Source of the DNA: a virus
Virus record (IMG/VR): IMGVR_UViG_3300050014_000310
Span: 1-64,000 of that record
Strand: one strand, 5' to 3'
Length of the DNA: 64,000 bases
Shown here: positions 17,899 to 26,826 of the stretch, piece after piece
Layout of the letters: every line of letters starts with the position of its first letter
Position numbering within the stretch: the stretch's first letter is position 1
Program-made: the position numbers and the translations under genes
The notes under the pieces: model-generated
The model's database searches: none
What the model was told of the DNA's origin: nothing
Seen by the model: the letters and a program-made list of their open reading frames with translations, nothing else

Positions 17899-18967
17899 TC
17901 CCTATTCTCCTAACTGGTAGCACGAGCCCCAGAAAACATCCATCCCGGTATACTCCCGGCTTCTCCCCCGCCACGTCCAACCGCGCCTTCTGTCCCAAAC
18001 ATCCCAGTGGCTCCAACAAATAGGCTACCGTGAACATCCCGCTTACACTCTCCGGGATTTCTTCAATCGCCAGCACTTCGCGTAGCGATTCCCCCCTGTT
18101 TTCGGCGTCGATCACCAATTCATTCCCCGACGCATTAAACGTCACTACGGCCTGCTGCGTTCCGTCAGAGAACAATGCCGCCCTGCTCAAAGTCTTTTTC
18201 AGTGCGTCCCGGTCGATCACCAGCGGGTGGTCAACTTCGGGCGGGATTACCCTGCGATAATCGGGGAAAGCAGAGTCCATCAATCGACCAATAATTTCCC
18301 AAGAACTCGTTGAAAATTTGATCATACTGTCCTGCCAGACTACGGTCAGGGGTTCATCGTCAACCATCCGGTTAACTTCCTGCAAAAGCTTGCCGGGGAT
18401 CAGCAGATTCGCTTCGCAATCTGTTTCAAGATCGATTCTGTCGTGGCAGAGCCGATAGGAGTCGGTTGCAGTGATCCTGACGCGATCTGGCAGTATTTCT
18501 GCGTAGACCCCGGCGCAATTCGGTCTGATCTCCTGTGGTGCGGCAGCAAACAGCACTTTTGAGATGTGCGACTTCCAGGCATCTCCAGGCAGTGTAAAAT
18601 TGTCGCCATCCACTTCTGGGATGACCGGGTATTCGGCGGCGTCGATTGTGGTTAATTTGACGTTGCCTTTGTTGCCGTAGCGGATATGCAATAAGTCGTC
18701 TTGTTGATCGATTTGAATTTCGCCTTGCAACTTTTTGACCAGGTTAAGCAAGGATTTGGCCTGGACGCAAACGATGCCCGGTTCCTCTATTTGGCAGGGG
18801 ATAGTTATTTGCATATAGGTTTCCAGATCTGTAGTGGAGAGCGTCAGATTGTTGTCTGCTTCGATTTTGACGGCGGCTAATTGCGGATAGGTTATTTTGC
18901 CCGATGTTAGCCGGGAGACTGACGACAATGCTGATTGGAAAGACGATTGTGAAACGGTGAATTTCAT
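17885..18967 (-). CDS. dnaN: DNA polymerase III beta sliding clamp
   Basis: TTDLE, EYP, ATDSYRL, FPDYRRVIP, VLPVR; 360 aa; GGAGG RBS. Confidence 0.92.
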   Translation of the reverse strand: MKFTVSQSSFQSALSSVSRLTSGKITYPQLAAVKIEADNNLTLSTTDLETYMQITIPCQIEEPGIVCVQAKSLLNLVKKLQGEIQIDQQDDLLHIRYGNKGNVKLTTIDAAEYPVIPEVDGDNFTLPGDAWKSHISKVLFAAAPQEIRPNCAGVYAEILPDRVRITATDSYRLCHDRIDLETDCEANLLIPGKLLQEVNRMVDDEPLTVVWQDSMIKFSTSSWEIIGRLMDSAFPDYRRVIPPEVDHPLVIDRDALKKTLSRAALFSDGTQQAVVTFNASGNELVIDAENRGESLREVLAIEEIPESVSGMFTVAYLLEPLGCLGQKARLDVAGEKPGVYRDGCFLGLVLPVRRIGTEQS

Positions 18968-19025
18968 GTTGCCTCCTATTAATGAATGGGACGTGAAGCG
19001 TACATTGGTTTTATCTCGCATTCCT

Positions 19026-19280
19026 CTAAGTATCAAAGTACCCTAGTCTCCCCGACCCCGAATACTGATTCCCCGGCCCCTTCTTCTTTCTGATTTCCTG
19101 ATTCCGCCGCATCGTCTCCAGGTCAGCAGGGTTCACATTTTGACTTTGCCGGCACAAATTAGGGTCATTCCGCCATGGGCTTGCGAGGCTACCTTTTAAC
19201 CCGGCTTTTGTGTTGCCATGGTACTGGATATGTTTGTTACCTGATTTGGTTTCCTGGCCGCAGCCGCAGGCACAAAGCAT
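19026..19280 (-). CDS. small CxCGCG-motif protein
   Basis: LCACGCGQET resembles the N-terminus of the HNH at 25925. Confidence 0.55.
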   Translation of the reverse strand: MLCACGCGQETKSGNKHIQYHGNTKAGLKGSLASPWRNDPNLCRQSQNVNPADLETMRRNQEIRKKKGPGNQYSGSGRLGYFDT

Positions 19281-19313
19281 TTAGGATTCACCTCACCCTA
19301 TTGGAATTCCTAA

Positions 19314-19535
19314 TTAATCATTTTCGTGGTGGTCATCCTTCGTTAATGCTGAGATCATAGCTTCCGCTGAAATTTTTAACAGTTGGAAATAGTGATAACG
19401 AGAGTTTAACTTTGTAACATCAGCCAGGTGTTCGTCAATCTTCTTATTGACTTCTGCCTGCTCATATTCACATTCTGCAATTAATTCTTTATAGGCTGCT
19501 GGAGATTGCAAAATACGAATTCCAACGTTGCTCAT
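19314..19535 (-). CDS. hypothetical coiled-coil protein
   Basis: Operonic ORF. Confidence 0.5.
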   Translation of the reverse strand: MSNVGIRILQSPAAYKELIAECEYEQAEVNKKIDEHLADVTKLNSRYHYFQLLKISAEAMISALTKDDHHEND

Positions 19536-19565
19536 CCCTCAATCGCTCCTTTCAACGAATCTCGC

Positions 19566-22469
19566 CTACATTGCCCTCCTAACTTGATTTCCGAACATCC
19601 CCAACTTCGCGTATACGCTTCTCCTGGCCCAGAATTGCGCCGCCAGCACCGGAACTTCGTCGATAAAGTCGAACACCATGCAATCCCGTTTTCCCCAGCA
19701 AACCCCTTGAATCCGTCCAACCTCTTGCTCTATTTTTGCCTTGCTGTTGCACCCCGCTACCAGGAACAGCCTGTCAAACCTTGAGATATCAAGGCCTTCG
19801 CGGGCCAGGTTAACGGCGAACAGGATGTCAAGGTGTCCGTCCTTCATCGCCTTCAAAATCTCTTCCCTCTTGCGATCGGGTAATTCGCCATATGTTACAG
19901 CGCATTTCAATCCTGCGTCGCTAGCATAGAGCATGTTCGCCAGCGTCTGAATATGGTCTATCTTTTCTGATAGGACTAGCGAATAATGCCCGGGGCACTC
20001 CTGGATCAAGGTTTGGACGATCAGGTGATTCCTTTCCTGATCGCATAAAATATCATTCAGGATTGCCGTATAGTTCATTTGTGGCGGCCTGGGCTCTTTG
20101 ACCAGGTTCAACCGGGCTTCTTCGCACTTTTTTTCCCATTCTTTTATACGTTCCTCATGCTTGACGAAACTCTCCGAAACCGTTGATACGTGGATAGTAC
20201 GAAGGCTCGGAATCATTATTTTGCCGGATGCCTGAACCGCGGATCGGTCTATCTTGGCTAATGTTGGGCCAATGAACCGGTCAATCATGTCCGTGAGTCC
20301 ATCAGCCCGCTCTTTTGTGGCCGTGTTATGGACTAAAAAACCGTTAGCAATGAAAGTTTCAACAGATTGATCAACTGAAACATCGTAAACATATTTCTCT
20401 GAGACTTCTTCTATAGATCGTATCTTTATTGGATGCCCTTCTATGGAGTTGCTCATAAATATAGAGTGATGTCCAAAATATCCGCTTGTATTTCCATTGT
20501 AAGACGCTTGAGACCAAGTAACATCGTAACGCCAATGTCGTCCAACAATCTGACGATTTCCCTCTACAATACCTCCTTGACGGGGTTCGTTCCGATAAAG
20601 ACTACCAATTACTCCGCAATGGCTTAAACAATGTAGAAGATCATTGGCTAACCCTTCAGATGTTGTTGTGTAGCAATAGCGATTACGATTTCTTGTGGCT
20701 TTGCAAAGGCTGCCATCTGTTACGAGTAAGCCATCGATCATTTCCCTGATTGCTTCAATCGGCCATGACCAAACTATAGATGGAATGCGCTTTTCATAGG
20801 ATTTTGGTCGTCCACCCATAATTGTTTGAATTAAATTAAGCAGCGGCATACAGAGGAGAATAATTTCTTTTGAATTTTTCCCTCTTGTAGGCTCTATGAT
20901 CCTTATCTTCATATGAATTAAGTCTGAAAAGCTTTCGAGAAAAGTTATCATTTCATCAACTTGATGATTTGCGACAAAAATGCGAATTTGATCTTTGGAA
21001 ATTGCACCATCTCCAATAAGGATTCCGATTAGGCGTGCAATCCTGGTTACCGGCAACAATGCTTTTATCCAATGGCCATTTGCGCCTTCAGTGTAGATGC
21101 GCGATTCTTTATCTAATGGAAAACTATTACGATGAAATTTGAAAAAATCTAAGGGTAAATAAGGTCCATATACTCCAGTTTTATATTCGTATCTTTTGCC
21201 TCGGTTTTTTGCTCCGCTACCATTTATTATTTGTGGAATGATAGTTTTCCATGCTCCGGTTATATATAAATTGTTTTCATCCAATAGAGATGTAACGTCT
21301 AAGGTTTCTTGTATTTTTGTACAAGAGAACGCCTGATCTTCCAGTAATAAATAATCTCCGATTTTTAGTTCTTTGCCAATTGCCAAAGACAATTTTGGTT
21401 CATACTTAATGCCACGCACCTCCGTATTTATTTTCGTTGATCGTTCAACCTTAAAGATTGAATGATCTTCAGTTATGGTTAATTCACGTCCATGGGTTGT
21501 CTTTACCTTAAATGTTTGTTTTGTATTAAGATATTTATGAATATGCTCAAGATTCAACCATTCATACGCTCTGACATTTGTGTTATAGCCCCATATTTTA
21601 TAGTTTGGAGTGGCAACAATTGCGTTTGGTTCTACATTGAATCTATTAGCCAGTTCACTGATTTTGAGATGTTCGATTGTTCCTTTATACTCGACGATAA
21701 TCCATGAATCTCCTCCTACGCTTAGGCCGTAGCGCCACCGCGCAGGTAGCCGGTCAATCACATTACTAAACGTAGCCGCGGGCACATGATGGCATTCATC
21801 GAGTGCAACTAAACCGAATAACCCGGCGATCTCGTCAAATTCTTCCGTGCCCATAGCGGCTAACGTCTGCACCATGCCGATAGTGATCCTGCTTCCTATG
21901 CGTCGTTTCTTCCCGGCGATCAGGCCGATCTCGCCTCCTGGGATGCCAAGCCTCTCTTCAATCCGATCCATGGTCTGCCCGGCCAGGTCTTTAGTGTGTG
22001 TGACCCATAGCGCTGGTTGACCTACCCTGGCGATGATTTCCAGGCCGCATTCTGTCTTGCCACTACGGGCCGGCGCTTCCAAAACTCCCTGGGTGCCCCT
22101 CAGCATGGCCGTGATGGCCGGCTCCTGATAGATACGTAGTTCGATCTGGCTTTCGAATGTCACCATCGGCAGTTCCCTGCGCAAATCCTCAAACGTGTAT
22201 TCGATCCCGTATCGTTTCGCCCACCCCAGCACTCGTGAGGCGTAGCCCCTGGGTAGCGAGATACCACCTTTTTCTGCCCGGACTAGTGGGATCACCGGTG
22301 AAATTCTGCCGGTCCACCGTCCCCTTTTTTCCGCTTCGGCGAAGGCAGGGTTGGAGAGCGTATTCTCCTCTCTGATTTTGGACAGGAAAGCATCGAGATC
22401 AGGCGTGAGAACGTCCGTGGGGATCTGTATGAATATTCTATTGGATACATAAATATTAATCTGTGGCAT
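19566..22469 (-). CDS. SF2 DEAD/DEAH-type helicase with intein
   Basis: LRIYQ, APARSGKT, DECHH, YGL/TAT, EGLDI, QEVGRI. Confidence 0.9.
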   Translation of the reverse strand: MPQINIYVSNRIFIQIPTDVLTPDLDAFLSKIREENTLSNPAFAEAEKRGRWTGRISPVIPLVRAEKGGISLPRGYASRVLGWAKRYGIEYTFEDLRRELPMVTFESQIELRIYQEPAITAMLRGTQGVLEAPARSGKTECGLEIIARVGQPALWVTHTKDLAGQTMDRIEERLGIPGGEIGLIAGKKRRIGSRITIGMVQTLAAMGTEEFDEIAGLFGLVALDECHHVPAATFSNVIDRLPARWRYGLSVGGDSWIIVEYKGTIEHLKISELANRFNVEPNAIVATPNYKIWGYNTNVRAYEWLNLEHIHKYLNTKQTFKVKTTHGRELTITEDHSIFKVERSTKINTEVRGIKYEPKLSLAIGKELKIGDYLLLEDQAFSCTKIQETLDVTSLLDENNLYITGAWKTIIPQIINGSGAKNRGKRYEYKTGVYGPYLPLDFFKFHRNSFPLDKESRIYTEGANGHWIKALLPVTRIARLIGILIGDGAISKDQIRIFVANHQVDEMITFLESFSDLIHMKIRIIEPTRGKNSKEIILLCMPLLNLIQTIMGGRPKSYEKRIPSIVWSWPIEAIREMIDGLLVTDGSLCKATRNRNRYCYTTTSEGLANDLLHCLSHCGVIGSLYRNEPRQGGIVEGNRQIVGRHWRYDVTWSQASYNGNTSGYFGHHSIFMSNSIEGHPIKIRSIEEVSEKYVYDVSVDQSVETFIANGFLVHNTATKERADGLTDMIDRFIGPTLAKIDRSAVQASGKIMIPSLRTIHVSTVSESFVKHEERIKEWEKKCEEARLNLVKEPRPPQMNYTAILNDILCDQERNHLIVQTLIQECPGHYSLVLSEKIDHIQTLANMLYASDAGLKCAVTYGELPDRKREEILKAMKDGHLDILFAVNLAREGLDISRFDRLFLVAGCNSKAKIEQEVGRIQGVCWGKRDCMVFDFIDEVPVLAAQFWARRSVYAKLGMFGNQVRRAM
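20325..21722 (-). mobile_element. intein (466 aa) with LAGLIDADG endonuclease, in helicase motif III
   Basis: Starts SVGGD, block B TEDHS, LIGILIGDG and IDGLLVTDG, ends VHN followed by T; AT-rich. Confidence 0.92.
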
Positions 22470-22471
22470 CG

Positions 22472-23146
22472 TTACCCCGCCTTTCTGACTAGCTGCCCTA
22501 CCTGTTCCCAAACATAGTCATAGACGTGGAGCCCCTTGCTGGATACGATCATTCCGCCGTCCTGTACCCCAATCTCTTCGGCCATATATTCTTTTAGCAG
22601 TTGCAACCCCCCAAGGTTTTCCGGCAAGCCAGCCCAGAGATCCCATGACCGGAAGTAGACTATGAAGTGCAGTTGACCGTCTTTGATACGGCAGTCGATG
22701 TGGCGCAGGCACGGCGGGTCACTGATCATAATGTCACCGGGTTGCCCGATCTCGATAATGGCCTGATTGGTGTTCGGGCCTTCTTTTAGCATCTTGATCA
22801 CCAGATCAAGACTTTGATTGATCCGGCAACCATAGGTATACGTCTCGTTGGGTGCCACAGTCGTGCCCATGATGTAGTTGGCGAAGTATTGTTCAATGCG
22901 CTCCATGTCGGTCGTCGGAGCGATGTTCAAATACTCCGGGATGATTGGCACAAATGGCCTGTTGCCTGGGTTGGTCACATAGGCCTGGAAGTAGTCGAAC
23001 TCCCTGCGCTGGTGCATCCCGGCAAAGCTGCCCTGCTGTACCATGTACTCCCGGCTGTTTCCTGAATGTTGGTGCCAGAGTTCATATAGCGCCCGGAACC
23101 ACAATTCCGGGAGGTCAAATACTTGAAGCACTGTTGGTTTAAGCAT
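22472..23146 (-). CDS. thyA: short thymidylate synthase-family protein
   Basis: YTYG.R, DPPCL, YFRSWD..AG.P.N, LHVY. Confidence 0.85.
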   Translation of the reverse strand: MLKPTVLQVFDLPELWFRALYELWHQHSGNSREYMVQQGSFAGMHQRREFDYFQAYVTNPGNRPFVPIIPEYLNIAPTTDMERIEQYFANYIMGTTVAPNETYTYGCRINQSLDLVIKMLKEGPNTNQAIIEIGQPGDIMISDPPCLRHIDCRIKDGQLHFIVYFRSWDLWAGLPENLGGLQLLKEYMAEEIGVQDGGMIVSSKGLHVYDYVWEQVGQLVRKAG

Positions 23147-23765
23147 GTTGTTTTTCCCCTTTCAGGTAATCAAGCACGGCGTTCAGTGCTTCCTCGCAAA
23201 CCTTTTCAATCGGGCATAATGCGTCAATCGGGTAAATATTCTTGGAGTTCCGCGCCCAGTATCGCCAGTAACCAAATTCAACGCCCTGCCTAAATCGAAG
23301 CCCCTCTTGCTCGATCCGGTCTTTGCCTGCAGACCTTTTAGCTCCGATTTCAGGGTTTATATGAAGCAAGATCGTGAAGAAGGAGCCGGCTTTCTCGATA
23401 GCCGGTTTATTGATTGCCTCGATGTACTCTGCCCCAAGCCCCCTGGCATCTCCCTGGTAAGCGTAGCTGGATCCCACGAAGCGGTCACATAGCACCACTT
23501 TGCCCTGGAGCAGTGCCGGCAGGATAACCTCTGCTACAAGTTGCGCTCTGGCTGCCGCATAGAGCAGGGCTTCGGCGCATGGTTCGATCTTGGATGCAGG
23601 GTTCAACAGTATCTGCCTGATGTCTTCGGCTAGCTTGGTGCCTCCTGGGTCCCTGGTGCAGACGACGCTGAACCCTCTGTCGGTTAACTGCTGGGCAATT
23701 TCCTTCATAACCGTTGTCTTGCCCGCTCCGTCTGGGCCCTCAAACGTGATGAATTTCTGTGGCAA
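23139..23765 (-). CDS. tmk: thymidylate kinase
   Basis: FEGPDGAGKTT, RDPGGT, LYAAARAQ, CDRF..SSYAYQG, DRIE. Confidence 0.93.
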   Translation of the reverse strand: MPQKFITFEGPDGAGKTTVMKEIAQQLTDRGFSVVCTRDPGGTKLAEDIRQILLNPASKIEPCAEALLYAAARAQLVAEVILPALLQGKVVLCDRFVGSSYAYQGDARGLGAEYIEAINKPAIEKAGSFFTILLHINPEIGAKRSAGKDRIEQEGLRFRQGVEFGYWRYWARNSKNIYPIDALCPIEKVCEEALNAVLDYLKGEKQHA

Positions 23766-23770
23766 CTTTG

Positions 23771-23971
23771 TTACCCCGCCTCCTTTGCTTCTTCCCTGCA
23801 GATCGCCACGATCACCCGGTCTAAAACTTCGCTGCACCCCACCACTTCCGGTGCTGTCAGGCTTTTGTGTTGCTCGATCTTCTTGGCCAGTTGCTTCTCC
23901 AGTTGTTCTCTCTCGTAGTTGAGACAGTAGAGACGAATGTTTTGGTGGTTGTCTACAATTCTTTCAGGCAT
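23771..23971 (-). CDS. Spo0E-family aspartyl-phosphate phosphatase-like protein
   Basis: 66 aa, two helices, SLTAPEVVGCSEVLDRVI matches the L...EV...S..LD.LI pattern. Confidence 0.55.
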   Translation of the reverse strand: MPERIVDNHQNIRLYCLNYEREQLEKQLAKKIEQHKSLTAPEVVGCSEVLDRVIVAICREEAKEAG

Positions 23972-24288
23972 CCGGTCACCATCTCCCGCAGCGCCATCTT
24001 CAGGGCAACCCTGTCCTCTTCGTCCGGCATCGCCTTGATCATTTTGATCGTGTCATCGAGCAGCACCTTGGTTCCCAGCACCAGTTCAGCTGGGTTGCAG
24101 GCCGCTAGAACTTTGACATCAGGTAATGTTGCGCCGACGTCCGTGAATCCGACCGTGGCGAAGGAATCATAGTGGGCCAGGATTTTGCCGATCTTGACCT
24201 CGCAGGTGTGAGGCGGGATGATCTTGCTACCGCTGTCGGCTATGAGCAGCATTTCGTCGAATTCTGTTAAGTTTTCTGATTTGTTCAT
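23953..24288 (-). CDS. hypothetical protein
   Basis: Operonic ORF. Confidence 0.55.
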   Translation of the reverse strand: MNKSENLTEFDEMLLIADSGSKIIPPHTCEVKIGKILAHYDSFATVGFTDVGATLPDVKVLAACNPAELVLGTKVLLDDTIKMIKAMPDEEDRVALKMALREMVTGCLKEL

Positions 24289-25278
24289 TTAGGCAACCCT
24301 CCCTTGCAATGCTTCGCGTGCCTCACTAATCCGTCGTAGAGAGTCCTGTATCACCGGCAACGGCAGCGCATCTCTTCTCGCGATGTCCTCGACGATCTCC
24401 CGCGTTGACAGGAAGCGGGATTCGCCCTCGCTTGCTAACAGGGAAAGGAAATTCGCGGTGCGGTCCTCCCGCTCCAACTCCTGCGTCAGGTAGTCACGAG
24501 ATAGTACCTCTGAGCCTGGCCGGGCACATTCAAGTGGTAGCAACTCCATCTTGATTTCTCCATCCTCATATACCTCGATCTTGGATACCTGTACCGTCCT
24601 GGTCATGTCCCCTATCCCCGCAGACAACCGCCCCAGGGCGCCTGGATTGATGATCATGCTCTTGCCTATCTGCCTGTACCCGATCCCCGGGTGGTAGTCG
24701 CCTACGCAGAGCACGTCGGCATCGGTTTTCAGATCAGATAAGGGCGTGCATCGGATGTCGAAGCCTGGTTTGCTCTCCATCACCAGACCGTGCGCCAGGT
24801 GGATAGTAATAATGCCATCCTCGGTCGGCGGAGTATTGTAATAGCCGTTGTCGCCCCCATCGGCGTCTGTGTCGTAGTGCCGTCCGCTGATCCTAACCTG
24901 CTTGTCCCCGATGGAAAACCAGGCCTCGTTGTTGTCCACATCCTGGATGTACCCAAGCCGTCTCAGGAGTCCAAATGGTGTCCGGTAAAGCGTCTCCGGG
25001 TTATGTTCCCACTGGTCATGCTGGCCCGCGATGGCCAGGATCGGGCAGGGAGACTGATCCAGCAGAGCGGCCAGTTCCGTGATGGCATTCAGACTGAGCC
25101 CGGGGGTGTCCGTGATGTCCCCGGGGATCAGGATGGCGACAGCGTGATAGACTTGTGCCATGGCGAAGATTTCCCTGATCTTCTCTGCCATTGCATCGTT
25201 GTAATTGTCTAATCTGGCTCGGGGGTTGGCCAGCCGCCAGTGAATGTCGTTGGTTTCGATGAAAGTTAGCTTGCGCAC
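24289..25278 (-). CDS. SbcD/Mre11-like metallophosphoesterase nuclease
   Basis: DIH, GDITD, GQHD, AHG, GDYH, NPGAL.R. Confidence 0.88.
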   Translation of the reverse strand: MRKLTFIETNDIHWRLANPRARLDNYNDAMAEKIREIFAMAQVYHAVAILIPGDITDTPGLSLNAITELAALLDQSPCPILAIAGQHDQWEHNPETLYRTPFGLLRRLGYIQDVDNNEAWFSIGDKQVRISGRHYDTDADGGDNGYYNTPPTEDGIITIHLAHGLVMESKPGFDIRCTPLSDLKTDADVLCVGDYHPGIGYRQIGKSMIINPGALGRLSAGIGDMTRTVQVSKIEVYEDGEIKMELLPLECARPGSEVLSRDYLTQELEREDRTANFLSLLASEGESRFLSTREIVEDIARRDALPLPVIQDSLRRISEAREALQGRVA

Positions 25279-25925
25279 AGTAATCCCGCCTCTCCTAAAG
25301 CGTTATTCCAAGTACCGAAACGAGCCTTAATAGTTTTAATGTTGGGGAGAAGCCTAGCATGATCCCAGGCAATTAACGTTGGCTTTTTCCCATGGACGAT
25401 TACATAATTTTTGAGTGCGTTCAGCATTTCTTCTTTGCTGTATTTAATATTGCTAAAAGAGCTATGCTTCCCCCAAGGAACTAATTGCAGATTTTCTGGG
25501 CGGTCATCTGTTGGATCTTCATTGATGTGATGTACTATTTCTGTACTAAGTAACGGGCGCTTTAAGATACATTCCATTACCGCCCTATAATAAAGTACAT
25601 AATGACGACCATCTCGGGGGTTGATATAGCAACGCCCATCGTTTGTGTTATCAACCCAGAGCCCACCATTATAGGAATGACTCTCTGTGCCGCGTTTTGC
25701 CCCACGCCTAACAGCTTCTTTGTGCCCTTCAGTTAGTGGCTTTCCTATGTGACATTGTCTTATTTTTTCTTTAGTTTCAGGGCTTAAGTGTGCTCCTTTT
25801 CTTTGATGACCATGAATATAATCAAATGGCTGTCCTTTAACCCAGTTACGGGATTTATTATTGTATGGAGCTATTTTTGTTTTCTGCCCGCAGCCACACT
25901 TGCATAGCCCACCGGGGTTAGCCAA
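25266..25925 (-). CDS. free-standing HNH homing endonuclease
   Basis: CKCGCG, NUMOD3 (SPETKEKIR), VHHINEDPTDDRPENL; AT-rich. Confidence 0.85.
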   Translation of the reverse strand: MANPGGLCKCGCGQKTKIAPYNNKSRNWVKGQPFDYIHGHQRKGAHLSPETKEKIRQCHIGKPLTEGHKEAVRRGAKRGTESHSYNGGLWVDNTNDGRCYINPRDGRHYVLYYRAVMECILKRPLLSTEIVHHINEDPTDDRPENLQLVPWGKHSSFSNIKYSKEEMLNALKNYVIVHGKKPTLIAWDHARLLPNIKTIKARFGTWNNALGEAGLLCAS

Positions 25926-26559
25926 GTTGTTTCACCTCCGAGATCCCGTCCGTCTGGATCACTTCGTAGCTCCTATCCGCGGCCTCGATCAGCTGAGCAC
26001 TATGTGAAACCATGATCACCTGCCTGCCCGTTTTGGCGGCGTACTGCTTCAGAAAGTAGGCCAGGTTAGGCGCATACTCGGACGATAAATGTTTCCCCGG
26101 CTCGTCGCAGAGCAGGGGCCCGTCTACATGCGGCCGTAAAATTTCCAGCATGGCCAGCCTTAGCGCAATGGAAATCACATCGACCAGCCCGCCACCGTGA
26201 GAGCTCTCAGGGTCTGCCGCTACCTCTACGCCGCCATAATTCGTTATTACCTGCCACTCCGCAGCGGCCTGGTTGCCAATAGTTTTCAGGTTGATCTTGA
26301 ATGTGTAGCCTTCACCAAAGACTGCAAATAGGGCAGCAGAGACGATTCCTTCTACGTGCGATACCATTTGAACTTTGGCGAAATCACTGACTTTGCCTAA
26401 TAGAAGCTGCGACATTTCCCAGGTGGCGATATCCCCTTTGGCCATGGTCAGCCCGGTCTGGGCGGTTTGAAGCTGGGACTGCAGCAGGTCACGCTGACCC
26501 TTGCCGGTGTTGTAGTCTTTGCGCATTTTGGCGAGACAGGAATCATAAAGATCGAACAT
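25918..26559 (-). CDS. SbcC/Rad50-like ATPase, C-terminal half
   Basis: HGGG signature, LLCDEP Walker B, IMVSH. Confidence 0.85.
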   Translation of the reverse strand: MFDLYDSCLAKMRKDYNTGKGQRDLLQSQLQTAQTGLTMAKGDIATWEMSQLLLGKVSDFAKVQMVSHVEGIVSAALFAVFGEGYTFKINLKTIGNQAAAEWQVITNYGGVEVAADPESSHGGGLVDVISIALRLAMLEILRPHVDGPLLCDEPGKHLSSEYAPNLAYFLKQYAAKTGRQVIMVSHSAQLIEAADRSYEVIQTDGISEVKQLG

Positions 26560-26572
26560 TGCTTCGGCCCCC

Positions 26573-26824
26573 CTATCCGACCTTATATTCCGCAGGAATC
26601 AAATCATCGAGCCTCAAAAAGTCCTCATCAATCCCCGTCCTCAGTTCCAGGATCACCTGGTCCAACTGGTCAGGCTCCACGCCCTGCGCTCTTATTTCAC
26701 CAACGATTCCTTCCTGCTGCTTCTCCAGCGATTCCTTGGTCGTTTGCGCTTTGATGCGATCGGTCTTGGCCTTGTCAATGGAGACTTTCAGGGACTCCAG
26801 CTTTGGGGTGTAATTCTCTGACAT
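26573..26824 (-). CDS. small coiled-coil protein between the SbcC halves
   Basis: GGAGG RBS; heptads. Confidence 0.65.
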   Translation of the reverse strand: MSENYTPKLESLKVSIDKAKTDRIKAQTTKESLEKQQEGIVGEIRAQGVEPDQLDQVILELRTGIDEDFLRLDDLIPAEYKVG

Positions 26825-26826
26825 TT

